A DNA stretch of 63,848 bases, filler included, from Basidiobolus meristosporus CBS 931.73 (Eukaryota; Fungi; Basidiobolomycota), in assembly GCA_002104905.1 (NCBI GenBank). It is 4 parts of 4 records of this genome, joined end to end, with 100 filler letters (N's around TTAATTAATTAA, not from the genome) between each part and the next. Parts side by side here need not be neighbours in the genome. Positions count along the whole stretch, not along the records: positions 1 to 23,466 come from MCFE01000965.1; 3 more parts are not named here. One strand, written 5' to 3'. Under the pieces are notes generated by a model. The model worked only from the letters and a program-made list of their open reading frames with translations. It ran no database searches and had not been told where the DNA came from. Made by a program: the position numbers and the translations under genes. Positions 1 to 12,479 of the stretch are shown in pieces. The stretch's first letter is position 1. Each line of letters begins with the position of its first letter.

Positions 1-1527
1 CAAATGTAATCCCCTTATACAAAGGGAAGGGGAAACACTCTCTCCCAGGTTCTTACTGGCCAGTTTCACTCCTACCAACCTGCCAGAAAATCTTTGATCT
101 TATAATAGCAAGATCCTTGCAATCTCAACTATATCCATTCCATCCTTCTCAGTTTGGCTTCTTGCCCAAGCTCTCCTTGAATATGGCTGTAGTTCTAAGC
201 CATGATCATTCACTTCAATTCTCATTGCAACCATTCTGTTTGACATTACTAAAGCCTTTGACTCTGTTGACAGAGCCCTGCTTTGGAGAAAGCTATTAGC
301 AGTTACCACACTGCCAATGACCCTTCCTGTACGTTTTCTATTTTGTGAGAACTCAGCCAAAATTTTGCATCCAAGTTGCACATCAGAGACTTATCAGGTT
401 CCAAATGGTGTAGTCTTAGGATCTGTACTAGGTCCCTTACTATTTGTGATATTTCTGCATGACTTTCCTTTATTTCCAAAAGGCCCCTCACCAAACTCTC
501 CCTATCCACTACTAACCTTCTATGCAGATGATGTCAAGATTGCAACTCCTACTCCCATAACAGACACTGCCATCATTGAGAAGTACTTGGCCGCCAACAA
601 CCTCTTACTCTCAATTTCCAAGACAGTCCCAATTGGGTGCACTACAACTATACAGAACACTAGCATTCTGCCACAGCAAACAGCAATATATCTGGGTCTG
701 CCATTTTGTCAACATGGGATTGACTCAAAGCTCCACCTGAATTATAGGATCTGTCTTGCCCAACAGGCTCTTAAAAAGCCTCTGGTAGTAGTCACTCCAG
801 AAACTCCAATTCAAAAGATCCCTATGCTTCTGAAGCAGTATGTACTACCAGTACTTGAATTTGGTCTCCACATTATACGCCTAACCTCCAGAGAACTTCA
901 CCGCCTGGCTAAATTTATCCATCAGTGTATCAGATCCTTGGTACCTTATCTTCCAGTATCTCCCTAAATCCATGCAACTAATGGAGCCTTTGGGTTCTAC
1001 CCATACCAAATCCAAATGGTCTATCTCTGTGCTTCCTTCCTAGTCAAACTTCAGAAATCACATAACCCCTCCATCAAACAATGGCTTAAATCTAACTCCT
1101 CCCTGAAATCTTCTTGCTGGCATACCCTGGTTGGCTCTGCTGTAGTAACAGAGCTTGCTTTAAAACTTCAAAAAGCTGAGAAACCAAGACTACTGGCTCA
1201 GGACCATCTAAGATCTATGTGGCAGAGCTACTTACAAGTCCACACACCTTTCCTACTACACCTAATCCCAGGCTGGGTTCCAGTCTTGGATTATATTGAT
1301 CAGAAACATCTACAATTTGTACTTCCCCCAAAACCCTTGAATTTTATATTTACCCCTGATGAGCTTTACTTTATTGAAACCAACATTAGAGATGAAACAA
1401 AACATAAATTAGATTACTTATTAGAGAGGTTCCAGACCTCTTAATTGGCTTCTTTATTTGTACTTAGATTAGTTCTTGACTCAAATAAAGATTTCACCAA
1501 CTTGGTGACTTTCCTTCCCCTAACCCT
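1..1527 (+). mobile_element. Telomere-associated non-LTR-type RT cassette, subfamily A (5' part outside window; one nonsense codon at 965-967)
   Basis: ORFs 117-299, 317-967 and 1016-1444 give RT motifs QFGFLP, KAFDSVDR (shifted frame), GVVLGSVLGPLLF, FYADD and YLG. Near-identical to the minus-strand copy at 38186-39775. 3' UTR is the double hairpin (1446-1510) followed by CTTTCCTTCCCCTAACCCT. Confidence 0.9.
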
Positions 1528-1697
1528 GGACTCCAGTGTACTCTGGGATACTGCCTTAACTTTAGCTTAGATTTATTGTATCAACTTAGTGTTTGCTTTG
1601 GGAATTTTCTATTCCCAGCTGGCTTTTTTATTTGTAGTTAGACTTGTCTGAAATCAAATAAAGATTTCACCTACCTTGGTGACTTTCCCTCCCCTAA
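1528..1697 (+). mobile_element. ~170-nt 5'-truncated cassette of the same system (3' end only)
   Basis: Second copy of GGCTT..TTTATTTG..CAAATAAAGATTTCACC..GGTGACTTTCCCTCCCCTAA with a different loop and upstream sequence. It abuts unique DNA at CCCTAA|ATGTAG. Confidence 0.8.
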
Positions 1698-2628
1698 ATG
1701 TAGATCAAAAGCGTATACTGTGAGGCTTTGATTAGACGTATACTTCAATCCAGCAATGACCAGCAGCCCGTTATCGTCATGAGTCTTCACCCAGTACCAA
1801 CTATACCCCATTTGTGCCAATCGCGTTTGTTTAATTTGAAGCTCTGTCAATCAGCCACCACCCGAAGGATTACTCAATAGAGGGGAAAACCCATGTTCGG
1901 GTACATTTCTTCACCCATTCATAATTTAAGTGATTCGGACCCAGACCAACCCGGCCAGCAATAAAGTAACCTTGATGCATGATCGAATATTCACATAAGA
2001 GTTGTTTGCCGGAATGAGTCTATGAATCTTCACTACAATTAGTCCAAGTAGAATGATTCTCAACATTCATGTCCTATTCTTGCTTTGTCACAGATGAGAT
2101 ACATATGTCAATTTGGCCATCCCAAGGCTACTTCTCGAGCGGGATTGGGTTAGATAAAATATTACTCAGGGTATATCCGCTTGTCTCTTTCGATAGTTGG
2201 AGAAATACATAATATCACACAATCCGAGGTCTATTAGGGTTAGAATTGGCCCTAAGCTACCCAACCAAGTCATCTTTCCCAGCACACTACTCGGGACCAT
2301 TTCTCAGGATCAGGCAAGCCGCTACAAGATTTAACTTTTGTCCATTGAGCAAATTAATCTTATTATTATCGATGAATGCTCTAAGGAAATGCCCAATACA
2401 TAAAAGGCAATCATGTTTGATATCTCTCACAATCCTGATGAACAAATAGTTAGCAAGGAAGGCTTATCTCGCCTATATACGGAAATGAGCTACTTATTCA
2501 AGTATAATTATTGAATTTTGTTTGCAATACCCCAATGCATCTCTTGTCTAAATTGGCTATATTCATATCTGTCAATATTCTCAAACCTGTCGTTTGGCTG
2601 AGAACAAATAAAAGCCGCCTGATCCTCC

Positions 2629-4248
2629 ATGTTGAATCCTCAGAAATTCACTATCACAACTATGAGCGAAGAAAAACCCTTCGAAAAGTCTACCCAAGTG
2701 GAGCACATCGATACTGCACAAGAAGATCCTCCCAACTCCGATGACATTAAGCTACGCGTTGCTGGAAAGGTCCCACGCGCGGCCTGGTTCATCATCATCA
2801 CCGAGTTGTGTGAGCGCTTTGCCTTCTACGGTGCCTCCCTTCTGTTTCAACCCTACATGCTCAAGGTTCTTGGCTTCAACAAGAGCACTGCCACTGCCGT
2901 GAACAGAGGCTTCCAGTTTCTTGCCTATTGCACCACTATTCTTGGTGCCGTCGTTGCTGACCGCTACATCGGAAAGTTCAAGACCATCGTCATATTCTCT
3001 CTATTCTACATGGTGGGTTTGGTTTTCCTGGCAGTCAGCTCCCTGCCAACTTCTCTGGATGGAAGCTTCGGTGTGATCGGCTTTGTGATTGCCCTATATG
3101 TCTTCATCTCCTTCGGCACCGGCGGCATCAAGTCCAATGTTTCCTCCTTTGCCGCTGAACAGATCAAGGAAGGAATCTTCCCAACAAAAACCCCCGGCGT
3201 CTACACCGACTCACAACTCACCGTTGAGCGCATCTTCCGCTTCTTCTACTGGGCCATCAACTGTGGTGCCTTGTTAGGCCAGTTCATATGTCCCATCGTT
3301 GCCAACGACTACGGATCCTATCCCCTGGCCTACTCACTGCCAGCGATCATGTTCGTGATTGGCCTCGTGATCTTTGTGTCCGCCAAAAAGCTGTACTATG
3401 TTAAACCTCCATCCGGCACTGTCCTCTCCAAGACCTACTCCTGCATCAAGTATGCTTTGTCCCATCGCAAGGCCCCATTGAACAATGCCAAGACCAATGG
3501 GCCCATTGAGCACTGGTTGGACTATGCTAAGGTGGATGGCTTTGAGTGGAACGATCAGTTCATCGAGGATCTCAAGAAAACCCTGCGTGCATGCTTGGTG
3601 TTCCTGTTCTATCCCTTCTACTGGGCTCTGTACTACAACATGTCCGACAACTTCATCAACATGGGACTGACAATGCAAAGACCATCGTTCATCAGTGGGC
3701 CCGAGCAGCTGAACCTGGTCAATAGCCTTGTCCTGGTAGTTGCCATCCCCATCTTTGACACGGTTGTCTTCCCATTGCTGAGAAGAATGGGCTGCCGTCT
3801 TGGTCCGATCACACGCATCACTATCGGGTTCACAATCGCCACACTTGCCTTTGTCTATGTCACCGTTCTCCAAGCACAGGTCTACAAGACCGGCCCCTAT
3901 TACAACTTCACTGATTTGAGCGGTCTGCCCGAGGGTGAGCAACCAGTGAACGACATCTCCATCTGGTGGCAGGTGATCCCGTTCATTGGAATCTCCATCT
4001 CTGAGATCTTCGCCTCAGTCACCGGTCTGGAATTTGCCTTTCGACAAGCCGCCCCCGAGCTCAAGTCAGTGGCGACCTCTCTTTTCCTGTTCACCAACTG
4101 TGGTGGTAGTCTGATTGGCCTGATCCTTGCAGTCTGGAGCAACGACCCCAACTTTGTGTATGTGTTCGGCATCCAAACCGGACTGATGGGAGTCATGACC
4201 GTCATCTTCTATTGGATCTTCCGGAAATTTGATAGCATTGAGTGTTGA
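2629..4248 (+). CDS. PTR2: POT/PTR family proton-dependent oligopeptide transporter (539 aa, intronless; start may be Met at 2662)
   Basis: ExxERF/YG motif (TELCERFAFYG), GAVVADRYIGKFKTI, GTGGIKSNVSSFAAEQ, FYWAINCG and EIFASVTGLEFAFRQAAPELKS; multiple hydrophobic segments. Confidence 0.95.
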   Translation: MLNPQKFTITTMSEEKPFEKSTQVEHIDTAQEDPPNSDDIKLRVAGKVPRAAWFIIITELCERFAFYGASLLFQPYMLKVLGFNKSTATAVNRGFQFLAYCTTILGAVVADRYIGKFKTIVIFSLFYMVGLVFLAVSSLPTSLDGSFGVIGFVIALYVFISFGTGGIKSNVSSFAAEQIKEGIFPTKTPGVYTDSQLTVERIFRFFYWAINCGALLGQFICPIVANDYGSYPLAYSLPAIMFVIGLVIFVSAKKLYYVKPPSGTVLSKTYSCIKYALSHRKAPLNNAKTNGPIEHWLDYAKVDGFEWNDQFIEDLKKTLRACLVFLFYPFYWALYYNMSDNFINMGLTMQRPSFISGPEQLNLVNSLVLVVAIPIFDTVVFPLLRRMGCRLGPITRITIGFTIATLAFVYVTVLQAQVYKTGPYYNFTDLSGLPEGEQPVNDISIWWQVIPFIGISISEIFASVTGLEFAFRQAAPELKSVATSLFLFTNCGGSLIGLILAVWSNDPNFVYVFGIQTGLMGVMTVIFYWIFRKFDSIEC

Positions 4249-5565
4249 TAGGAAACACCAGTTAGTGCTCACTTGATTGTAACATTAGTATACATAGGAT
4301 GTAAAAATAAATGTGAATGCATATAATTTGTATACCAATAACCGTGATATATTGAACTAACTTGTATTCTGAGATCTTTGGAGCAAATAACGTGCCAGGG
4401 TTTAGATCAATTGGACATAAACCAAGTATCCCATTACAGTTGATATACCCTTGAGAAGAGGAAGCCACCCCAATTGATTGAGGTTGGACCACCAATCCAG
4501 GCTAAGTGTCACTGAATTAACCTTTTCCATAAGCGATGAAAACCAAATATGCAGTCTGGGTGGAGGTGCCGGAATGACCATAAGCCTCCTGTGCTTCCAC
4601 TCATGTATTGGCAGAGTATGTATCACTTGGAAGGTCATAGGAAGTAGGTGAGGTTTCAATCTCAATAAAGGCAGTATACTGTGTAAATGTAGGTATGCTT
4701 CATTTTTTATCAGAATAGATAATCCAGCAGAATGAAGAAGTAGCTGTACGGACCACATTATTTTGAGCTAGAATGCTTCCAACTGCTCAAGCATACTTAT
4801 TTCTATATTATAGACTTGTTCCGCTGGTCTTTAGTCAGATATGGACAAATTCAAATTAGGACTTTTTGTTCTCCCGTGACTTTCCCTCCCCATCCTAACT
4901 GACTTTAATCCTTTTAGTCATTACCATCTCCTATAGTGTATCAATATTTACCAGTCTACGGGACTTGCAATAAAACAAAGTAGAGCAAACTACAATCACA
5001 GCAATGTGAAATATCAGGCGGAGTCAAACCACATCCAATTAATTTTTGTATTTTCACATCAGAACCCAATACTTGAGGTATATTTCAGAGCTATCCCTAA
5101 ATGTGTTTAAAAAATCGTATTCAAGGTGCTTAAGGTCAAAGTTGTTTATTCCCTCCCAGGCAGTAGCAAAAATTAAGAGGTACTTTTCATTAGCCGTTGC
5201 AATACCTCATAAAGAGCTTTGGAATATCTTGGTAATCTATCTGCAACCTTCTTAATGAGCTCTTTCTGACCCTTTAACTTGAGATGTATAAGTTATACAA
5301 CTATCATATGTGCTATTACTGAATCTGTGCTCATTAATCAGCAGCTGATATTCTATTGGTGCTGCTGTAAGATTGATTGACAAAGTATTATAAGAGTAAG
5401 CACCAAAATAGTCATTGAACTATAGAACAAACTGACAGAATGACCTTGAATAGTTGCTTAGCTGTGTTGCCATTGCTTTATTTTATATGAGTGGATCAAA
5501 TCAAAGGATGATGTTTCTTTGCAAGAAAATAAAGTAGGCATGAGGGAGAAGGGGTGGCTTAATCT

Positions 5566-6456
5566 TTACCATAACGATGGCATCTTAAAGTACCGAAGCT
5601 GTTGCCAATCCTTGAACGTCTCCACATCCCAGTTGAAAGCAGCCCAATGGACCATAAAATCCCCAGGTCGGTACATCTCGTAGAGTTTTTTCATCATCCA
5701 GTACGAGTTGAAACTACACTGTGGTAAATACTTGACTTTCTCATTCTCCTTCAACTCCGTGTGCACACGCAAAATTGTAATCATCCAGTCCTGCTCGTGA
5801 TTATTAGGGCCCAATTCCGACCAGACCAGGTCCATAAAGTGACGAGACCAGTCATCGTTCTTGATCAAAAACACCCCAGCGTTGAGGCAAAACCAGTCCT
5901 TGGTGATGATAAGAGGATAGCGGTTATCGATAAACTGCTCCAGTCGAATATCCATATTGGCAATCAGGGCATCAGTGTCCATCCAAAAGATCCAATCGTG
6001 TTCATCCTTGGCGAGTTCGTCCTTGATCATCTTAATCTTGGCCCAGGCAGGAACAGCACCGACGGCTTTGACTTCATCAAAGTAATGAGTGACATTGGTA
6101 TCCCTAAGGTCGTATCGGCCTAGATGATGAGCGATGTATTCTCGGCGGTTGTGGTAGGAGATGTCACCGAGCTGCCTACATTTCGAGTTTGGATCCGGGT
6201 TTGTACACACTTGACCCGAGAGGATGATAATTCGAGGGTCTTGGTATTCAGGGTTATTCTTACTGTGGTTGTCATTTGCCACTGTTGTTGAGGACTCAGA
6301 GATGGGTCGTCCTCTTTGGTAAATTGGATCCACGTAAGGTATACAGGTCCTTGGGAAGTGGACAAATATATAAGGACCCAGGAGAAGGCCAACGGTGGCA
6401 AGACAGGCGAGGAGCAAGATTATTCGCTTAGTCTTGAACCGAAGTATAGGGCCCAT
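5566..6456 (-). CDS. Glycosyltransferase family 34 (GMA12/MNN10-like), type II membrane protein, 296 aa
   Basis: N-terminal TM (IILLLACLATVGLLLGPYIFV), WAKIKMI, DWIFWMDTDALI (DxD), LNAGVFLIKN, HEQD and GDFMVHWA motifs. Confidence 0.88.
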   Translation of the reverse strand: MGPILRFKTKRIILLLACLATVGLLLGPYIFVHFPRTCIPYVDPIYQRGRPISESSTTVANDNHSKNNPEYQDPRIIILSGQVCTNPDPNSKCRQLGDISYHNRREYIAHHLGRYDLRDTNVTHYFDEVKAVGAVPAWAKIKMIKDELAKDEHDWIFWMDTDALIANMDIRLEQFIDNRYPLIITKDWFCLNAGVFLIKNDDWSRHFMDLVWSELGPNNHEQDWMITILRVHTELKENEKVKYLPQCSFNSYWMMKKLYEMYRPGDFMVHWAAFNWDVETFKDWQQLRYFKMPSLW

Positions 6457-7045
6457 TTTTTGTTTACTTGGCAGGCAAGGCGAAGGGAAGCGAGAACATA
6501 TGCATATCTGCCCTCTGCCACATTGATTTCGTATGATGATTGGTTACAGCTTTCCAAACCGATCCCTCCACAACCCCAAGATTGGTCGGCAAATCACCAC
6601 CTCGGACCGCCCCGGACTTTTCTAAATCAGATACGCCTTCTCGCTGTGTTATGTCTGAGCACAATAGGTATATCACATAATCATTCTATCTTGCAGTTCA
6701 GCCCATGAGCAAGGCGGCAATGGTCGTAGGTTCTGACTTTGCGGCACCCTCACGTAGTCCCATCATCATAGAACACCAACAGCGAGGGACTGTGATTACC
6801 CCTTTGCATCACAGCCTTTGTTGCATATTGGTTGTTACCCGCCATTGAAGTTATTCTCTATTACATGATGCGCTGGTATATCCCCTCGTCTCTATCATAC
6901 CACCCTCGGACCCCTCGCTACCACACCCCTGCATCTGCCCATCCGACCACGATAGCAATACCCTTGATTTGGCTGACTGTTCCCAGTACTATCAAGACTT
7001 CAAACATAGACTTGTACATAATATAGAGCATGTATTTATTTAGTT

Positions 7046-8671
7046 TTAAGCCAGCCAGAACCAGGCTTTCTCCAGCCAGTTTCTGGGTACGCGCTCCTCC
7101 GCCATAGCTTCAAGTTCATCCATCTCCTTTTTGCCGGTGATCGCGTCAACCTGCTCGACAGGAATGTACAGTGGCGTGCGAGAGTAGATCTTGTGGCCGA
7201 TGTATAGAATCAGGAAGACGGGGATCGTAATGTAGGCAGCAATAAAGTCTTTGGCTTTGAAAGGCACGAACGTCTGGAAGCCGCTGGTGATGGTGAGTAG
7301 CGAGACGATCACCAGCGTGAAATAGGTGGCGTAGGGTTGCAGTTTCGTTTTGTAGGGGAGGGTGTGCAGGAGGCCGTTGAACTCCATGGCGCGGCGAAAG
7401 CGCAGATAGGTGATCATGACTACAATCCAGGCTATGAAGCCAGAGATGGTTGAGATGCTGACAAACCAGTTGAAGACGGTGGCCCCTGCGTTGGACACAT
7501 TAAGAAAGGCCAGCAGACCAAAGCACCAAGTGAACAGGACCGCCACATAAGGAACGCCTCGGCGGTTGGTGACTCCGAACCACTTGGGGGCCTGGCCGTT
7601 GAGAGCCATAGAATAGATGATTCTACTGCCCGAGTAGAGGAACGAGTTGCCAGCCGACCATGCAGACGTAAGGATGGCAGCATTGATGATGTGGTTGAGT
7701 ACAGGGATGCCAACTCGCTGAATCCCGATGACAAATGGTGATGCGCTAGCATTGGATGCGCCAAGAAGGTTCTTGTCGTCCGAAGGAACAAGGATGCCGA
7801 TGATCAGTGAGGACAAACCGTAGAACCCGGCCAAACGCCAGACGAAGCGACGGGCGGCCTTGGGGATATTGCGTCGGGGATCGATGGTCTCACCGGCAGC
7901 AATGGCGATGAGTTCAGGCGAGGTGATGAAAGCAAACCCCGCGGTGATAAAGGCATGCCAGTACCCAAGGAAGCGACCGGTACTCCCTTCGGCCATGTAC
8001 GGCTTGAATGCACCGGCGGTTTTCCAGTAATGGAATCCAAGCACAGAGTCCTGGTTGGGACCACCACCGAAGAAGATGACGATGCCTAGGATGATAAGGC
8101 CACAGATGGTGATGAGCTTTATGCTGGCAAACCAGAACTCAGCCTCACCGAAGAAGCTCACAGCGACAATATTGAGAAGGAGCATGATGACTAGGACAAT
8201 GCTGATCCAAACGGCAATATTGACCGGCAAGTTCCAGTAATCGATGATGAGGCCGGCTGCAGTGGCCTCAGCTCCAATGAGCATGGCGTATGCGTACCAA
8301 TAGTTCCAACCAATGGCGAAGGCGAGACTAGGATCGGCGAATCGGCCGACGAAGTAGGGGACAGTGATCCCGTGCATGGGGAGGTACACGACCATCTCAG
8401 CGAGGTTGTTCATAACGTTCCACACGATCAGCATCATGGACAGGTAAGCCATGAAGAGCGGCGCTGGACCAGTGTCGGCAAGGATGCCACCGGAACCGAC
8501 GAAGAGACCCGTGCCGATAGCACCTCCAAGGGCGAGAAACTGGATGTGTCGACTCTGGAGACCACGCGCAAGCTGGTCATGTTTTTCTGCCAAATTATAT
8601 TCTGGGTTTTCAACAGTGTGGTTTGATTTGAAGTTACTCTCGTGCGAGGCAACATTGATTTCCTTCTCCAT
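7046..8671 (-). CDS. APC-family amino-acid permease, proline-specific permease (PUT4/PrnB)-like; probable start MEKEINV at 8671 (541 aa), intronless
   Basis: GLQSRHIQFLALGGAIGTGLFVGSG, GWNYW, FGEAEFWFASIK and NAAILTSAWSAGNSFLYSGSR motifs. The upstream part of the track ORF is low-complexity leader. TATAAAAA on the minus strand near 8874-8881. Confidence 0.93.
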   Translation of the reverse strand: MEKEINVASHESNFKSNHTVENPEYNLAEKHDQLARGLQSRHIQFLALGGAIGTGLFVGSGGILADTGPAPLFMAYLSMMLIVWNVMNNLAEMVVYLPMHGITVPYFVGRFADPSLAFAIGWNYWYAYAMLIGAEATAAGLIIDYWNLPVNIAVWISIVLVIMLLLNIVAVSFFGEAEFWFASIKLITICGLIILGIVIFFGGGPNQDSVLGFHYWKTAGAFKPYMAEGSTGRFLGYWHAFITAGFAFITSPELIAIAAGETIDPRRNIPKAARRFVWRLAGFYGLSSLIIGILVPSDDKNLLGASNASASPFVIGIQRVGIPVLNHIINAAILTSAWSAGNSFLYSGSRIIYSMALNGQAPKWFGVTNRRGVPYVAVLFTWCFGLLAFLNVSNAGATVFNWFVSISTISGFIAWIVVMITYLRFRRAMEFNGLLHTLPYKTKLQPYATYFTLVIVSLLTITSGFQTFVPFKAKDFIAAYITIPVFLILYIGHKIYSRTPLYIPVEQVDAITGKKEMDELEAMAEERVPRNWLEKAWFWLA

Positions 8672-11600
8672 TGTGTGGATGATTAGTTGCGTAGGTTCTA
8701 TGTAAATGCAATAAGTTGGGGGGGGGGAGGTCTGACTCGGATGATACGGGAAGGAAGATAGGACGAGAAAGATGCGAGACTGAGGCAGGAAACCGGAGGA
8801 AGAGAGGACAGCGAGGAGAGGAGTAGGTGAGGTGGCCAAGAGATAAAGAGTCTGAGATCAGGGTGGCCAGATTTTTATACGTGGACGGGCATGCCGGTGA
8901 TGGTCACGTCATCCGCAACCCAGGACCCAGTCCGTTGACAAGCCTGGGATGATTTAGGTACGTTACCTCAAATTGGACTGCTTTCACGCTAGTTGCCGCC
9001 TCTGAGCCGTGACAGGTCACCGTGAATTGTTGCAAGGTGTTGACGATACACCTTTAATTCAGCCCGACGCTTCATGAACACCAATGTGTGCATCGAATGT
9101 GGATAATTAACCTACCACAAGTGCAATCATAATTTCAATTTCGGGTGTGGGGATGGTTTGTGTGCCAGCTCGCACAATCCAATCATGGTTTGGAAATATG
9201 GTTGTCCTACCTTCCGCTTTTACTGATCGGGATAAAGTGAGTTCCAAGTTGAGGTTCAATTCCACGTATTTGCTGAGGTGAACTTTCATGCATTTCTTCT
9301 ACAAACCATCAATTCCGCTGTATTGGTGCTGGAGACATTGATCTTTTGAGCACTTTCCCCATGGTGATCAGTCGTCATCATGATGGACAATATAGCAGCC
9401 GCTCTGGATGGTTGTTTCTGTGATGGTCAATGTGGACTACCATATCCAGACGAGCCATGTCGTATGTTGAGTTGCAGAATCGACACATGCAATACGTGGT
9501 ACTCAACCACAACCTGCTTATCACCCAATTGCCGCCCTAAGTGGTCAATCATTATATTATTCTCATTACAGGCAAGCGATGCGGTGATTCGATATCCAAC
9601 GGCAAAGTGACTGAAGTAATATGGAACTGGTGGTGGGGAACTTTCCATTCATAGCCCTACCTCTACCTCTACCTCCCCCTCTCGTCAACTTGTGCGCGAA
9701 ACAAGAAGTGTGAATGTTTCTCCCGAATAGTTTCATCAATCCGGTATAGACATATTTGGTAGGGTCAAATGGGGTAGCTGGTCATGTGCCAACCGTAGGC
9801 ATAGTGGGACTTTTTAGATGACTGCGAAAACAACCAACTATTTAGGAATTCCTGTCACATTAGAAACACCAATGGATGTCATCGCTTGATATATCTGGTT
9901 ATCGAGTGAGAATTGGGAGAAATCTGCCGAGGATTTTGGAAACTTCAAAGTTTCGGGCACTGAGGAGGGGTCGTCTTCAATATCAATGTTTGCAAACAAA
10001 TCCAGACGGATATTGCGGAAGCCAGAGGGGATTTTAGACAATCGGCCAAACTTACGGGTTCGCACGCCAATATAGTTTCCACACTGTATCGTATCCCAAG
10101 CGAGATCATTGGCGCTACCAGGCACGGATGACTGGGATGATCATGCATCAATAGGATAGGCCTTTCTGAAACCTCCCAGTAGAGTAATCCACGCCCCAGT
10201 GGAATGGTTGGTGTAATAGTAAAGAGCTGATGACAGAACAATGGCGATCTCAGATAAGAAAGCCCCATGAATTAGGCAGTGTAGGCAGTGAAGGAATCGT
10301 AGGCTTTTAGAAGAGATTTAGGTATTTCTACAATGTCTTTGGTGTGTTGAGCAGCAGCCCCGGGATACTTCTCCAAACATATCTAGATAAGTAGTGGCCA
10401 TCTAAGCTCCAAGCATATCTAGATAAATGATGGCCAGTCAAGCTCCATCCATATTCAGGTACAATTCATCCCATTTAACTCCACAGATAGATGAAACAAC
10501 GGGGTGTTACTGAGGAACCAGAGAGTCCCCCCCCCGATTAACCAATATTCCATGAACGAATGAGGCTGATGTCATGCCAATCTAACGAGGCAGGTTTGTT
10601 CCTGATACCGTGGGAAATAGCAAATATTCCCATAACCGAGCCTCGCTTCTAATGATGATGCGATGTGCCACAATGCGTAGACTGAGGAGTAATTATCGTG
10701 AAAGTTCCATTATACTGATACGAAAGGATCCATGCGTTTTCAAGAGCTACCGGAACGTATATATATACAAATGGATTACTTTGTATGGTATTTTAACTCA
10801 CATTCCGAGCAGATAAACCTGTCACGAATCAATTAGGTAAATATCTTGTCACATGCACAAACTGTTTGGTTGTCTGGGTAACGTAAAAGAGCGTAATATA
10901 GCACAATCGAGCCAGCTAATGTCGGCAAAAGTGCAAGCACACCTCACGGACTTCCTAGACTCCAAAGTTTGAACCAACAACCACAAAATGCTTCGTACCA
11001 GTGATATCGGAAGGAGCATGGGTCAGTAGGAAACTCTCACTAGCTCTAATGTAAGCACCATATAGTGGATGATGCAAACGGGTGTTGGTTTCGCTTGCCC
11101 ACGATTTCTTTCTAACCGAAATGAATCAACCGCCATCCATCCGTCGCTAAAAGCCCAATAACAAATGGATAATTTGTCTGGGTAATCTTCGTAAATCAGC
11201 GGTAGCCGAAACCAATTTCAGTTGTACGCCGGGGATTCTAGCTTGTACATTCATGCTCACATATTTAACCTTTGTGTGATACCGTAAACTGTCATCGACG
11301 GTTGGATATATAAATGCTGTTGGTATTCTCCCCCAACAAACTCGGACATATGCTAGTATAAATCCAGGTAATCTTGGGGTGGATGTAACATACATCACGT
11401 ATTGGTCTACAAACCAATGGTCATTTGGTGCCTGCAGGTTTGTTTCTTATATTGTATCTAATGCATTCTCTTAAGCCATAACTGCTCTTACCACAAAGCA
11501 AAGTATAAATACTCGATTATAATCAAGGTATTTGACCGTGTGGAATAGCATGCACCGTCAGCTTATTGTTAGTCTGGATGGTGTTACAGGGGTGGGATCC

Positions 11601-12479
11601 TCTATAAACGGCTGTAGATTGATTGCTTAGGTATTCAGCTGATTCCCAAGTTATGAATTATCAACAATTCAGTGTTGAAAATACCAGCCAATTCCCCAGC
11701 CTCAACTTTGTCTATGGACTTTATTTCTGGTCAAAATTCTGTGTTGGATGCTACTTGGAGCACTTTCCATCAAGATGTCGGAAACTCAGGATGGGATATT
11801 TTTAAAGTTGTCCACAAGGCCCGCACTTGGCATACAAGTTTTAGTTCATTATGTATGTTTGTATAAGTGCCCCAGGTGTATTTATATAATCACTTACCCT
11901 AAGCAAAAAAACTAACTAAAGGCCCACAGAATACTAACAGAATTCCAAGCTTTTCTAAACTTAGATTATCAATATCTTAGACTCTGGCTATTTGGCAGAC
12001 AAGGTGCCATATTTTCTAGGAGGTGACTAGGCTAAATATCATTCATAAAAAATATGATATTATGCTACTCACTACTTAGACAATCATTTATAACCAAAAA
12101 TATCAAGGAAAAACACTAGCCTAATTCCAGCAAAATACCATCAGAATACCGGCAGATTATCAGAAGAAATCAATACATGAGATTTTTCATAGGATTACTG
12201 AATACCACATAGTTGACTAGTCCTCCCAGTCACTTCCAATAGCTCTAAGCCCTGTACAGAGCTATGGCTTTTTATTTTAAAAAACTATGATGTTTCCAAT
12301 TATCTAATATAACAGATAGCTGATGCTAAAATTAATGACTATCTTACTAGGCCATCTATGAATTGATCTAACATAAGAATCATGGCAATGCACTATTTGT
12401 GTGCACCACATAGTATGGGACTTATGCAGTGCATCTTGAATTTACACTTAGGTAGTTATATGAGCTTGGTCACTAACCC

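Noticed and set aside
3089-8705. Numerous short ORFs overlapping PTR2, GT34 and the permease
   Set aside because: They are antisense or alternate-frame shadows of GC-rich genes.
9300-10270. Decayed coding-like region with several short ORFs
   Set aside because: No recognisable domain; frames are interrupted.
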